From: Ignavibacteriota bacterium
GTDB taxonomy: Bacteria > Bacteroidota > Ignavibacteria > Palsa-1295
Assembly (NCBI GenBank): GCA_963787835.1
Contig: CAWBEI010000002.1
Coordinates: 1,088,001 to 1,152,000 of the forward strand
Length of the DNA stretch: 64,000 nucleotides
Direction of reading: 5' to 3'
Of this stretch, positions 38,501 to 47,949 are shown piece after piece. Positions within the stretch are counted from its first letter, which is position 1. The number at the start of each line of letters is the position of its first letter. The position numbers were made by a program, and so were the translations under genes. The notes under the pieces were generated by a model, which saw only the letters and a program-made list of their open reading frames with translations, was not told the origin of the DNA and ran no database searches.

Positions 38501-39367
38501 AACAATCTGATTAAGGCCAATTCCGCCTCCATTTACATCTCCAGTTCCTCCAGTTCCTGTGCCTCCAGTTCCAGAACATGGAGCACCATCTCCAGATTCT
38601 CCCGGCGCTCCGCCGACAAATCCATCGCCACCGGGATAGATAACGGGTCCATCGCCCATACTTCCACCACCACCACCTGGACCCCCGTTTTTTCCGCTTG
38701 CACTTCCAGATAGCATTGCGCCAGAAGCAAGTGTAATATTACCTTTGGAGAGGATCACTGCAGGCAAATACCCTTGATTTCCGATCGTCGAGGGATCACA
38801 ATCGGACGTCGAAATAGTATAAGTTCCGGAATCTAATGAAATGCTGTCAAAAATAAGTGCTCCGCGCTTTGAACGGACACCCCACTGGCCACCACTTCCC
38901 AAAACGCCACCGCCCGAAACAACAAGGGCAGGATTTGGTTGAACAATAAAGAATGTGTCGCTATTAGAAGCGACCCCATTAACAAGGACCTTAAGTGGGA
39001 TCGAAAAATCGGGGCCAACTTGATTCCATTGTGAAGAATTTGGCTCTGGACAGGGAGCAATGAATATTTGCGTAGAAATGACACGTCCTTGCCAGCTGAC
39101 AACGATCGGTCCAATAGTAACTTTCGAAGTATCTGAAGAATTCGTACAAACGACCCTCACGTTATCGCCGGGGTTATTGGAGTAGGATCCATCGGAGCCA
39201 AACTGGCCAGTGGCGTTATAGGGTCCAATCATTTCCATGTAGGTATTCATCCCGGGTGTGCCAATATCGGGAATGATGTAAGAGATGACCGGGGCCTGAC
39301 CAAAAGCCCTCAGCGGTAAGACAACCACGCTAAGAAATGCGAACGAGACGGAAACGAATTTATGCAT
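35582..39367 (-). CDS. Secreted Gly-rich protein + 4 stalk repeats + cohesin-like domain + T9SS-type CTD
   Basis: Signal peptide from MHKFVSV, poly-Gly region, four DT..LHL.Y..GSG..DT.ITxIG repeats, LCVIDNEDNHWAVKTLG, VYPDPA. Confidence 0.85.
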   Translation of the reverse strand: MHKFVSVSFAFLSVVVLPLRAFGQAPVISYIIPDIGTPGMNTYMEMIGPYNATGQFGSDGSYSNNPGDNVRVVCTNSSDTSKVTIGPIVVSWQGRVISTQIFIAPCPEPNSSQWNQVGPDFSIPLKVLVNGVASNSDTFFIVQPNPALVVSGGGVLGSGGQWGVRSKRGALIFDSISLDSGTYTISTSDCDPSTIGNQGYLPAVILSKGNITLASGAMLSGSASGKNGGPGGGGGSMGDGPVIYPGGDGFVGGAPGESGDGAPCSGTGGTGTGGTGDVNGGGIGLNQIVPEPSDANPNCEYYGGTGNPFISEGGGVVTHDKHEGDGNGGGFGTIGENGRGERGNYDDQGGIVNGNPMLVPLMGGSGGGGGNEFCSCDEDNSTPGASAGGGGGGVCLFSAQITGPSASVQVNGESGVTGGFGCVNHGSVGGCGSGGGLTIEAKLNSVFPSISAAGGISLHTHADNGSGGDGRVRFDGPISNNPSILPNTATTYRGLSTDTSHTPVNPLTLHGTGDGDSIRIYTKVGTNPWQITGTVGGYSQNQWSYALTIDPDNTTYVVAMQQRLNPSTNTATLEPSWVMSQAAANIITEATSAGASTLSLSTTTESVLDTTCGKPEDTSFYLGGTGCPGVTLESASITGSSAFHIVDLRGIPRVLDSLDSVNLVFTPTPPGADTSYLHLQYNLGSGSRDTVITLIGFSKNTSNTLFLAPTTESVLDTVCNVKDTSFRLGGTGCPGVTLVNAFMTGSSAFSIADLRKTPRALDSVDSVRIVYAPTPPGLDTTYLHLVYNTGSGDRDTIITLIGTLATSVRSVTLETAPSPQIVQATCVPLSIPISLWVTGCLISGGRLDSAWLVGSPAIHISDTRGVPRGLGSFDSVQLQYLPGATAPDTAVLHLRYDLGSGVQDTTITVIGTVMNPLPPPAILLPALVESILSKSCGGSDTGLRIGVTGCPLANGELDSVWLTGSPTLQISDTRSVPRSLLINDSIGVLYSPNGGGSDTAELHIRYDVGSGPQDTVLTVIGTVASPLLAQPAHMRRESSSAYYDGLDSLPLQLDISTSVNFDSLWNLVTDIQGTCAFDQNVVSAVQYLPPTPWTLVSFTAHASSFDFEIHNSTGRAQNPLDLGTAVFRPKSSEPATSWVTMPRLLLTIGNQTNSLCVIDNEDNHWAVKTLGLTAAVEDSPPQVQGISVYPDPAGDELFVKNDDALPASIAIYDVIGREVATGNVLGGSTGSMNIAGLAQGSYVLVCHIGDRMIARRISKIQ

Positions 39368-39430
39368 CGGAATGAAGACTAATTCATTGCATTGTACAAC
39401 CCACAATCATGGCGAAGGTTCCGAAATAAT

Positions 39431-40756
39431 TTATACCTTTCTTTGAATGGAAAAGAGTCCTCGCAAATGATTGGAAACATCGCTAAAACCACGGGTTAGA
39501 AGCAGTTTCCGATCGAATCCAACATGCTTTTGCATGTATGCATACAGTTGCGCAGTCTGGACCGCCGAAGCTGCAACAAAGGCGATGGCTGCGCCGATAA
39601 GCTGATGTGTAATTGCAAGCATGGTCGAAGCGAATACGACATTGACGACGAGGGTTATCGTGAACATACGAAAAGCTTCCTTGATCTTTCCCATCCCCGT
39701 CATCGAAACACCAAACACCATTTGGAGGGGAAAGAAAAGTACCGAAATTAATAATACTCGAAAGATAGGAATGCTTGCGTCAAATTTTACTCCATATAGC
39801 AGATGAAAAAGGAACGGAGCGCCAATATCGAGTAAGATCCCAAGAGGGATCAGTCCCAGGAATAAGAAGCTAACGCTCTTTTCTATGATGGTTCGAAGCG
39901 TTTGAATTTCTCCGCGTGAATGATATTTACTGGTGGCTGGAAAAACAAAAAGTGTCATTGTTTCACGAATGACGTCGAATCCACGAAACAGCATTTTCGC
40001 TCCGTTGTACATGGCTACTCCAATGGCGCCCGTAAACCCCGATACGATCAATACATCGAAATTCTGTTGAGCGGTCGAGACCACTCCCATTGCTGCTTGA
40101 TACCGAACAAATTCCGATATACGCATGAGCATCTTACGAGAATATTTTACGCGGTATCGCAGATACGGTCGAACCAGAATAATTGCAGTTAATGAGGAGA
40201 GCAGGCCGGAAAGCATAGTAATGCGAATCACGTTCTCCGCGCTGTGAAGTTTTCCCATCAATAGCAAGAGGAAGAGCGCAATACTTGCAACTCCAAAATT
40301 TGCAAAATCCACAAAGAAGATCTCTTTCATCCTAAATTTTGATTGCAGCACCTTACTGAGCACCACTCGTGGCATGGTAAACACCGCAAAGATTGCCAGA
40401 TAAGGAATCAGATGTCCTAATTGCGGGATGTTCAGCAAGCCACTGAACGTATCGGGGAACATTAGCAGAAGAGCCAATGCAGTACCAAGGAATGCAATAA
40501 ACAATAAGGTGGTGACGGTGACGAGCTCTTCCAGTTCTACCTCCGGTTCTACGCCGAACTTCACGATGGCCTGCAACGCAAATCCATCAGAGAAGGTGAA
40601 CAGGATCGTGAAGAGGGTCTGAAATACGCTGAGGATCCCAAATTCCGTTGGTGCAATGGAACGAGCCACCATTATTAAGGCGAATGCATAAGGAATGGGA
40701 AGTCCTCGTGAGGCAAAGGCCCATAGTCCTTTTCCAAGATGGCTACTAAATCTCAA
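39431..40756 (-). CDS. Oligosaccharide flippase (Wzx/MATE-like polysaccharide biosynthesis protein)
   Basis: About 12 TM segments. VARSIAPTEFG, NFDVLIV and LYGVKF patterns typical of Wzx. Start is non-ATG. Confidence 0.85.
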   Translation of the reverse strand: MRFSSHLGKGLWAFASRGLPIPYAFALIMVARSIAPTEFGILSVFQTLFTILFTFSDGFALQAIVKFGVEPEVELEELVTVTTLLFIAFLGTALALLLMFPDTFSGLLNIPQLGHLIPYLAIFAVFTMPRVVLSKVLQSKFRMKEIFFVDFANFGVASIALFLLLLMGKLHSAENVIRITMLSGLLSSLTAIILVRPYLRYRVKYSRKMLMRISEFVRYQAAMGVVSTAQQNFDVLIVSGFTGAIGVAMYNGAKMLFRGFDVIRETMTLFVFPATSKYHSRGEIQTLRTIIEKSVSFLFLGLIPLGILLDIGAPFLFHLLYGVKFDASIPIFRVLLISVLFFPLQMVFGVSMTGMGKIKEAFRMFTITLVVNVVFASTMLAITHQLIGAAIAFVAASAVQTAQLYAYMQKHVGFDRKLLLTRGFSDVSNHLRGLFSIQRKV

Positions 40757-40877
40757 AATTTTCTTATGGAAATATATGTAGAAATAAATCTATGGTTTGG
40801 GTGTAACAAACTAAGGGTTCAAGTGTTCTTAAACATGTGTAGAACTCTTTTGTTTCAATTCCTGGAGGGCTTCAATC

Positions 40878-42347
40878 ATGAAATCGTTCGTTAAGCTTTT
40901 CTTCGTTGTTTCTTTAATCTTGGTTCCTTTCGTTTCGGTCGCGCAGACGTGGCAATACACGGGTGCTCTTAGTGAGCCAAAGCGAACGGGAGTGCTTACC
41001 ACGCTTCCGAACCAAACCGCGATCTATGTCGGTGGCGCGGACGCTAATGGCTTTCCACTAACAACCTGCGAGATCTATAATCCGGCCACGACATCCTGGA
41101 CGCTTGCCGCTCCGCTGGCGGTGGGTGTCGAAAGACATACCGTTACTCAGCTCGCAGATGGACGTTTGGTTGTGATCGGTGGTAATACATCGATGGATTA
41201 CGATGAAAGTCAGCCCACCGGAGCGATCGAGATCTATGATTATACCACGAATACATGGTCAAATGGGGGAACACTCTCAATTGCGCGGCAAAACCATTCA
41301 TCAACGTTGCTCTTAGATGGTAACATTCTCGTAGCGGGAGGGTACACTGGGGGAGATGTTACTTCATCCGTGGAAATTTATGATCCTTCCACACAAACAT
41401 GTAGAAGTGTTGCACCACTAATACTTGCTCGTCACGATCATTCTGCAATACTACTTAATGATGGAAGAGTATTAGTAGTTGGAGGACGAGATGGCGGCTC
41501 CAGTAGTAACTATTTTAACGAATGCGAAATTTATGATCCCACGTCAGATACCTGGACGGTGATCGGTAATATGATCCAGGCTCGAATTAAGGGATCTTTG
41601 GCTACCTTCAGTGACGGGACTGTGCTCGCATCTGGTGGAAGGAATACACCGAATACTTCTGCTCCGGGATCTGAAGTATTAACGGGAACATTTTCTTTGT
41701 GGAATGCCACCTCTCCGATGCTCGTGCCCATGACTTGGAATGGAAGCGCACTATTACCTCAAGACCGCTTTTTAGTAACAGGAGGTCTTGTGGATGCCGA
41801 TTGGACTAACTCCTTCACCGGGGATATGACGCCAACCTGTGAATGGTATGATAAACCGAATGAACGCTGGTTTTTTGCTCCGCAATTAAATCTGCAGAGG
41901 AGTTATCACGGGCAATGTTATATGCACCAGACGGTCAACGATACGCTTCCTCAGGACATGGTCTTAGTGGCTGCCGGCATTACGGGGGACTACACTTTTA
42001 CGCAAACCGCTGAAATTCTGGATGTTACTGACCATGCGCTCCAAGCATACAAAGAAATGCCGCAAAACTTGGCTACAGTTAATTCTCCATCCAATTTACT
42101 TGATGCAAGTGTCGTAATGCAATCGCCCGGTCAAGCTTTGCTCCAACTCTCTTTAGGCGCTAATTCCGATGTTAGGGTGGATATCATCTCTTCGGCAGGC
42201 GAAACACTCTCCACGACCGAAGAAGAGCTATCTTCAGGCAGCTATGCTTTGCCCTTGATCGTATCGAACAATGTGTCGGGAATTTATTTTGCTCGTGTCA
42301 ATGTAGGCGGGGTGAATACTCTTCTAAAGTTTGCGATACTTAAGTAA
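40878..42347 (+). CDS. Secreted Kelch-repeat protein with T9SS-type CTD
   Basis: Signal peptide ending VAQ, Kelch repeats (LLDGNILVAGG..EIYDP), C-terminal SGIYFARV..KF. Confidence 0.85.
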   Translation: MKSFVKLFFVVSLILVPFVSVAQTWQYTGALSEPKRTGVLTTLPNQTAIYVGGADANGFPLTTCEIYNPATTSWTLAAPLAVGVERHTVTQLADGRLVVIGGNTSMDYDESQPTGAIEIYDYTTNTWSNGGTLSIARQNHSSTLLLDGNILVAGGYTGGDVTSSVEIYDPSTQTCRSVAPLILARHDHSAILLNDGRVLVVGGRDGGSSSNYFNECEIYDPTSDTWTVIGNMIQARIKGSLATFSDGTVLASGGRNTPNTSAPGSEVLTGTFSLWNATSPMLVPMTWNGSALLPQDRFLVTGGLVDADWTNSFTGDMTPTCEWYDKPNERWFFAPQLNLQRSYHGQCYMHQTVNDTLPQDMVLVAAGITGDYTFTQTAEILDVTDHALQAYKEMPQNLATVNSPSNLLDASVVMQSPGQALLQLSLGANSDVRVDIISSAGETLSTTEEELSSGSYALPLIVSNNVSGIYFARVNVGGVNTLLKFAILK

Positions 42348-42366
42348 ATTTTGAACTATAGATAAG

Positions 42367-42400
42367 AAAGCCTCGCATCAGAAATGCGAGGCTTTTATTT
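42367..42400. terminator. Intrinsic terminator, probably bidirectional
   Basis: AAAGCCTCGCAT-cagaa-ATGCGAGGCTTT then TATTT, between convergent genes. Confidence 0.85.
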
Positions 42401-42413
42401 TGGAGAAATCTTG

Positions 42414-43256
42414 TCAATGTCCTCCTCGCCGATGAGTTTCAATATATCGAGCAAGTTCGGGATACGTTTTGGTGGGATCGCCATAGGTGTTACCTGCCAG
42501 ATCACGGCCTCGGGCAAGATAATTGATATGAGGATGTCCCAATTCAGACTTTCCACCCAAAGCTTTCACGGTACTTGGCATATACCGCATCGTGTATCCT
42601 GTGCGTCGTTTTGCACTAAGGTTCGGTGGACTTCCGTGAATCAGTCCGCTATGGTGAATGCTGGCCTCATTCGCAAAGAGTTCACAGGGCACTGCTTTCG
42701 ATTCGTCAAATCGACCACGCTTGATCTCGATCGGAAATAGATTTTTTTCTTTATCGACATCCTCATACTCAGAGAACCCCTGGTGATGGCCACCAGGAAT
42801 AACATACATGCATCCATTTTCAACAGAAGAGTCATCGATCGCCAACCACACCGTTACGACCTCGACAGGTGAGATCATCTGTTTCCAATAATGTGCGTCC
42901 TCGTGCCACGGTACACGCTTCCCAATGCCTTGTGGTTTTGAGATGAAGTGACTTGAGAAAAGAGCGATGTCTGGCCCAATAATCGGCTCGATCAGATCAA
43001 GAATTTCATCCGCGAAAAGCCATTCAAATAATTTTGTATCTGTAAAATGGGGAACATCCATTTCCTCGGGTCTGACTCCGTCAGGCAATGAGGCTAATTT
43101 CTCTTCAAAATGGTCTTTCAATGCCTGAAATTTAGGCTCTGGCAACACTGGGTGCTTATAAAGCAGATAACCCTCCTGCTGGAAGAAGTCGACTTCGGCG
43201 TTGCTTAGCAAAGGCTGTTTTGTCACAGATTCCATAGGTGTATTGTTTGAATTCAT
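42414..43256 (-). CDS. Phytanoyl-CoA dioxygenase (PhyH) family Fe(II)/2OG oxygenase
   Basis: PWHED, VWLAIDD..ENGCMYVIPG and HGSPPN..RR motifs. Confidence 0.92.
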   Translation of the reverse strand: MNSNNTPMESVTKQPLLSNAEVDFFQQEGYLLYKHPVLPEPKFQALKDHFEEKLASLPDGVRPEEMDVPHFTDTKLFEWLFADEILDLIEPIIGPDIALFSSHFISKPQGIGKRVPWHEDAHYWKQMISPVEVVTVWLAIDDSSVENGCMYVIPGGHHQGFSEYEDVDKEKNLFPIEIKRGRFDESKAVPCELFANEASIHHSGLIHGSPPNLSAKRRTGYTMRYMPSTVKALGGKSELGHPHINYLARGRDLAGNTYGDPTKTYPELARYIETHRRGGH

Positions 43257-43349
43257 TTCTTACCCGAAAAACTCCCCAAAAGCAAGTTGGCACTCTAAAG
43301 AAGCCCTTTCAGTTTGGCTTCGGTCAAATTTTAATGGAGATTCAAAAAT

Positions 43350-44087
43350 ATGAAAATTGATTACGAGACGATTAAAATGTATAAGGTCCATAAAAGCCTT
43401 CTTTTTGAAGGATGGGATGGGACCAAGCTCGATCTGATAATGAAGAAATTGCAAATGACGTTTTCTAAGCTGATGGGCATTCAGTTCAAACCTTTATTTG
43501 GAGACCGAATCGTCGAATATCCCTTACTTTTTCAGCATTTGAACCCCAATGCTAAGACCATACTCGATTTTGGCTGTGTCGAGGATCTTCTCCCACTTCA
43601 TTTTGCAAGTATGGGGTACAAAGTTGATGGACTCGATTTTCGTGAATACGTTTTCGAGCACCCTAACTTTAAATTTACACAGGGCGATATTCTTACATGG
43701 ATGCCGCCCGAAAATTTCTATGATATGGTCTGCTCGATTTCAACTGTCGAACATGTCGGACTTACCGGTTACGGCGATCCTGAGAAATCTGATGGCGACA
43801 AGGTAGCGATATCGAAACTTTGGACAGCACTGAAACCAGGCGGAGACCTCATCCTTACCATGCCAGCAGGTAAAGCAACCACACGCCGCAACATGCGAAT
43901 CTACGATCTTGATAGAATAAAATCCGTTGTTCCAAATCCACGGATTGTCCGTTTCTTTGCAAAACCTACTCGGTATGGAAATTGGTCAGAAGTGTCTGCA
44001 GATGAGATCAAGAACCTTGTATATGAGGATTATGAAGCTCCCATCACCCCAGGGCAGGGAGTAGCATTTATCGTTTCAACCAAATAA
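43350..44087 (+). CDS. Class I SAM-dependent methyltransferase (DUF268-like)
   Basis: RIVEYP, ILDFGC, ISTVEHVGL.GYGD and LKPGG motifs. Confidence 0.8.
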   Translation: MKIDYETIKMYKVHKSLLFEGWDGTKLDLIMKKLQMTFSKLMGIQFKPLFGDRIVEYPLLFQHLNPNAKTILDFGCVEDLLPLHFASMGYKVDGLDFREYVFEHPNFKFTQGDILTWMPPENFYDMVCSISTVEHVGLTGYGDPEKSDGDKVAISKLWTALKPGGDLILTMPAGKATTRRNMRIYDLDRIKSVVPNPRIVRFFAKPTRYGNWSEVSADEIKNLVYEDYEAPITPGQGVAFIVSTK

Positions 44088-45682
44088 TGCTCATTACCCC
44101 CACCGGCGAGCTTCTCGACCACCCCACGCTGATCCCCGGAAAAGCTACGCCGGAGGCTACTTCGGCCATTCCGGCGCGGCATCTGGATTGGGCGGAATCC
44201 TACCGTAAGCTCGGCAGAACTGGCCTAACCTGTAGCGGCGTGGGGTATGGGACGTACCGCGTTCATTTGCGGGTGCAGGAGCATCGGGCGGCGCTGGCGA
44301 AGGCGCTCCGAATGGGTGTCAATCTCATCGATTCATCCTCGAATTACACTGGCGGGAATGCGGAGCGGCTTATTGGTGAAGTGCTGGCTGGTCTTATTGG
44401 GCAGGACATTGTGAAGCGCGAGGAAGTGATCGTCGTTTCCAAAGGCGGGTACATTCAAGGTGAGCTTTTTGAGGAAATGCAGCGGCGAGCGAACGAGGCC
44501 CACGCTGATTATTCGTCCGGTTCCGAGCTTTCGGAACTTGTTCGGCATAGTCAGGGACTTTGGCATTCGATGCATCCCGATTTTCTTCGCGATCAACTCA
44601 CCGATTCGCTCGAACGCCTTCAACTCGAAACGATGGATGTGTATCTTTTGCACAATCCTGAATATTATATCGAGTGGGCGATCGGGGAGGGAATTGCTGC
44701 CGATGAAGCGATCGATGAATATCATCGGCGCATCAAACAGGCGTTCGCGTATCTCGAAACCGAAGTCGAGCGCGGTCGCATTCAATACTATGGGATAAGC
44801 TCCAATACATTCCCGCGACCGGAAGATGCGATCGATCGAACCTCTCTCGAACGGGTGTGGCAATCGGCGGAAGAAATTGCAGGTGTTAAGCACCACTTTG
44901 CCGCTGTGGAGTTTCCGATGAATCTCTTCGAGCCTGGCGCGATCTCGGAACGCAATCAGCGGCACGGAACGGAAACGCTGCTTGATTTTTGTGCGGAAAA
45001 GAATCTTGGTGTGCTCGTTAACCGTCCGCTGAATGCTATTGCAGCAAAGAAACTGATCCGTCTGGCAGATTTTCCGCTAATGGATATTCCACCGGATGAT
45101 GACATTGACGATCATTTGCATGACCTCAAATTGCAGGAAGTGGAATTCACTTCGACTCAATTACATACTCTTGAGTTGGATGAACAGGATCGCGATGCCG
45201 TCAAACAATTTATGACCTTAGGACAGAACCTCGATGAAGGTAATTGGCGGGAGTTTGCGAGCGTCGAGGAATGGCGGGATATTTCGCAAACCGTGCTCGC
45301 GCCGCGCATTCAATATGCGTTCGGAATTCTTCGTCCATTCACTCAGGATAATTCTGCGCTCTTTACATTTCTCACAAATTATGCAGAGCATGTGGACGAA
45401 GCATTCGAGTATGTCTCGAATTATTATACCAATAGCGGGCACGAGCGCTCTGCCAAGATTCATCATGCGTTGAACGCATTGATGGGTGAGGATTATTTCG
45501 AACTTTCGTTGTCACAGAAAGCCGTGCTGCTGATCCGAAGCTTACCACAAGTTTCGTCGGTGCTTGTTGGGATGCGTTCTGATGAGTATGTGGAGGATGC
45601 AGTGTATGGTTTGCAAGCCAAGCCACTAACGCGAGCAGTCGAGATTTGGGAACGTCTTGCTGCTGTGAAGGCCGAGTCTTAG
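44087..45682 (+). CDS. Aldo/keto reductase family protein with large helical insertion
   Basis: GYGTYR, NLIDSSSNY, SKGGY, SLERLQLETMDVYLLHNPE and C-terminal SSVLVGMR motifs. Confidence 0.85.
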   Translation: MLITPTGELLDHPTLIPGKATPEATSAIPARHLDWAESYRKLGRTGLTCSGVGYGTYRVHLRVQEHRAALAKALRMGVNLIDSSSNYTGGNAERLIGEVLAGLIGQDIVKREEVIVVSKGGYIQGELFEEMQRRANEAHADYSSGSELSELVRHSQGLWHSMHPDFLRDQLTDSLERLQLETMDVYLLHNPEYYIEWAIGEGIAADEAIDEYHRRIKQAFAYLETEVERGRIQYYGISSNTFPRPEDAIDRTSLERVWQSAEEIAGVKHHFAAVEFPMNLFEPGAISERNQRHGTETLLDFCAEKNLGVLVNRPLNAIAAKKLIRLADFPLMDIPPDDDIDDHLHDLKLQEVEFTSTQLHTLELDEQDRDAVKQFMTLGQNLDEGNWREFASVEEWRDISQTVLAPRIQYAFGILRPFTQDNSALFTFLTNYAEHVDEAFEYVSNYYTNSGHERSAKIHHALNALMGEDYFELSLSQKAVLLIRSLPQVSSVLVGMRSDEYVEDAVYGLQAKPLTRAVEIWERLAAVKAES

Positions 45683-45897
45683 AGTGCTTCCCATTCTTCA
45701 CGAGGAATGTTGGCATCTCGCAATATTTTTCGTAACAACCCAACACTAATATCTCCAACGTGTGGGTTTGGGATGGTAACCTGTATGATTCCCTTTTTCA
45801 TCACTCGATGTTTCCTTCCATGCAGTGGACCGTCAAACCCAAGCTTCCTGAGATAATAGATAAGATCGTCGCGCTTGGTTGGCCCTATGTTAGGCAT
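45679..45897 (-). CDS. hicA: HicA-family mRNA interferase toxin
   Basis: LRKLGF..GRKH..M..VTIPNPH..IS.GLLRKILRDA. Confidence 0.9.
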   Translation of the reverse strand: MPNIGPTKRDDLIYYLRKLGFDGPLHGRKHRVMKKGIIQVTIPNPHVGDISVGLLRKILRDANIPREEWEAL

Positions 45898-46138
45898 GTT
45901 CTGCCATTTGAATTTCGAGCGAATGCCCGTCTATTTCTGGAAGCGGGTCATGGCAGGAAATGGCAATCAGAATGTAGTCTTCGATGACACTCTCCAATGC
46001 TTCGCGGCATGCTTCAAGCGTTTTTTCATTCGCCCACGCACCAGGGAATGCTTCGATATGGCCATAAAATGATCCATCATCCTCGACGACCTCGTATTTC
46101 GCGTGATGCATTGCCGCGTGTAGATATTCTGAAAACAT
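45890..46138 (-). CDS. hicB: HicB-family antitoxin (short form, no DNA-binding domain)
   Basis: EDDGSFYGHIEAFPGAWAN.KTLEACRE.L. Overlaps the hicA start by 8 nt. Confidence 0.88.
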   Translation of the reverse strand: MFSEYLHAAMHHAKYEVVEDDGSFYGHIEAFPGAWANEKTLEACREALESVIEDYILIAISCHDPLPEIDGHSLEIQMAEHA

Positions 46139-46184
46139 GATACCTATTGAACCACAAAGATGATAAACTTGTGCCTTTGGTTTC

Positions 46185-46853
46185 TCACATCCGATTCGGC
46201 ATTCGAATTGTAGCACCATTTACGGCCTTACCCGCTTCGCTCGAAAGGAAGAGACACATTGCCGCAATGTCCTCCGGCTTCGTCCATTTCGGGATTTCAT
46301 CGGGAGATCCCCACTCCTCATTTGCCTTCGTGTGAATCACGGTTGGAACGATACAATTTGCATTGACTCCAACGACTTTTCCTTCTTCTGCTATAACTTT
46401 TGTCAAAGCAATCACTCCTGCCTTTGCTGCAACATAACCACCCTTCTTTGCCGATGGTGAAAGCGCAGGTTCCGCGCCGATGGAAATGATCGTTCCTTCG
46501 GCGGACATAAGGTTCATTGCTCGCTTTGCAGCAATGAAAAAGGTTACAAGATTAAGTTCAAAAAGAAACCTGAAATCTTCGATGGGCATTTCAGTAACAG
46601 TCTTCCATGGTTTTACCCCTCCAACTGTTGCTACGAGCGCGCGAGGTGATCCAAGCTTTTGAGCGGCATCTGCGAAGGCCTGCTCGACACTCGTGTCATT
46701 CGCAGCATCCACGGCCCAAAAGCGATAACGCTCGTGCGTGAATCCATCATCTTCATGTGAAAACCCCGCGACGCTCCAGCCATTATCGAGATACGTTTTG
46801 CGAATCGCACCGCCAAGTGCGCCTGTTGAACCTGTTAGAAATAAGACTGACAT
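46185..46853 (-). CDS. Short-chain dehydrogenase/reductase
   Basis: TGSTGALG, YVAAKA and NCIVP motifs. Confidence 0.9.
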   Translation of the reverse strand: MSVLFLTGSTGALGGAIRKTYLDNGWSVAGFSHEDDGFTHERYRFWAVDAANDTSVEQAFADAAQKLGSPRALVATVGGVKPWKTVTEMPIEDFRFLFELNLVTFFIAAKRAMNLMSAEGTIISIGAEPALSPSAKKGGYVAAKAGVIALTKVIAEEGKVVGVNANCIVPTVIHTKANEEWGSPDEIPKWTKPEDIAAMCLFLSSEAGKAVNGATIRMPNRM

Positions 46854-46873
46854 AATAATAAATTAGTTACTAA

Positions 46874-47949
46874 TTATTGTTGATTCACGTGCGACGACAT
46901 TCCTCCCCGAATGCTCTTTGCTTTTATTCCGCGATCGCGGAGCGAAGTTACGGCCCGAAGGCTCCGAATTCCCGAGGCGCAGACAATAGCAAATTCATCT
47001 TTCGGCAATTCTTGAATTCGGTCGAGCAGAGATCCTAATGGGATATGCTTTCCTAAAGATGGCGATGCACGAAATTCCCATTCCTCCCGCACATCGATAA
47101 GCGGCATCGGGCGATGTAAAAACTCTTCCCAAGTGATCTCATCGGCATTATCGTTACAAACGTCAAATTGGTAAGAATCGAAAAGTTTTCGCTCAGATTG
47201 GGGAATACTACATGCTAGACATTTGGGATCGCTATTAACACGGAATGTTCTAACGCTTGCATTTAGGGCATCGTAGAGCATAAGCCTTCCCACCAACGGT
47301 TCGCCGATCTTCGCGATAAGTTTCACCGCTTCCATCGCCAACATCGTTCCCATTACTCCAGCGAGCGCACCGATCACTCCAGCTTCAGCGCAGGATGGCG
47401 CATCCGCAGCATTTGCAGGCTCTGGAAATAAACAGCGATAGCAAGGGCCATCATGTGTGCAAAGAACAGTAAGCTGCCCTTCAAACCTTAAGATTGAGGC
47501 AGAGATAAGCGGAATCCCAAGCATGAGACAGGCATCGTTCACCAGATAGCGCGTCGCAAAATTGTCGGTGCCATCGAGCACAAGATCGAAGCCGCTCAGG
47601 ATTTCAATTGCATTCTCTGGCGTAAGCCGTTGGTTAAAAGCAATGATTGAAGAGCGTGGATTGATTTCCGAGAGCCGCAGCTCTGCAAGAATCACCTTTG
47701 TCTGACCGACATCGCTCTCACAATACAGTATTTGCCGGTGAAGATTTGAAGCCGCAACCGTATCATCATCAATAATTCCGATCGTCCCCACGCCCATTGC
47801 GGCGAGATAGAGCGCGGCGGGCGAGCCAGCCCGCCCGCGCCAATAATAAGGACGCGAGCTTCTTTTAGACGCTCCTGGCCCGCAATTCCAAATTCTGGGA
47901 GTAGAATTTGGCGGGAATACCGCTGCATCTCTTCAGGTAGTAATGCCAT
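46874..47949 (-). pseudogene. thiF: ThiF/MoeB-type adenylyltransferase with rhodanese domain, split by a 1-nt frameshift near 47826
   Basis: The upstream frame gives [24 protein letters not shown]. The other frame continues [29 protein letters not shown]..rhodanese. Adding one G restores GAGGLGSP. Could be an assembly error. Confidence 0.8.

Noticed and set aside
29479-39406. Diversity-generating retroelement or shufflon as the explanation for the repeated blocks
   Set aside because: No reverse transcriptase, Avd or recombinase is in the window. Mismatches between copies are not adenine-specific by inspection, and all copies are direct and within intact genes.
45679-46138. Reversed hicB-hicA order as a novelty
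   Set aside because: hicBA arrangements with a short HicB are already known.
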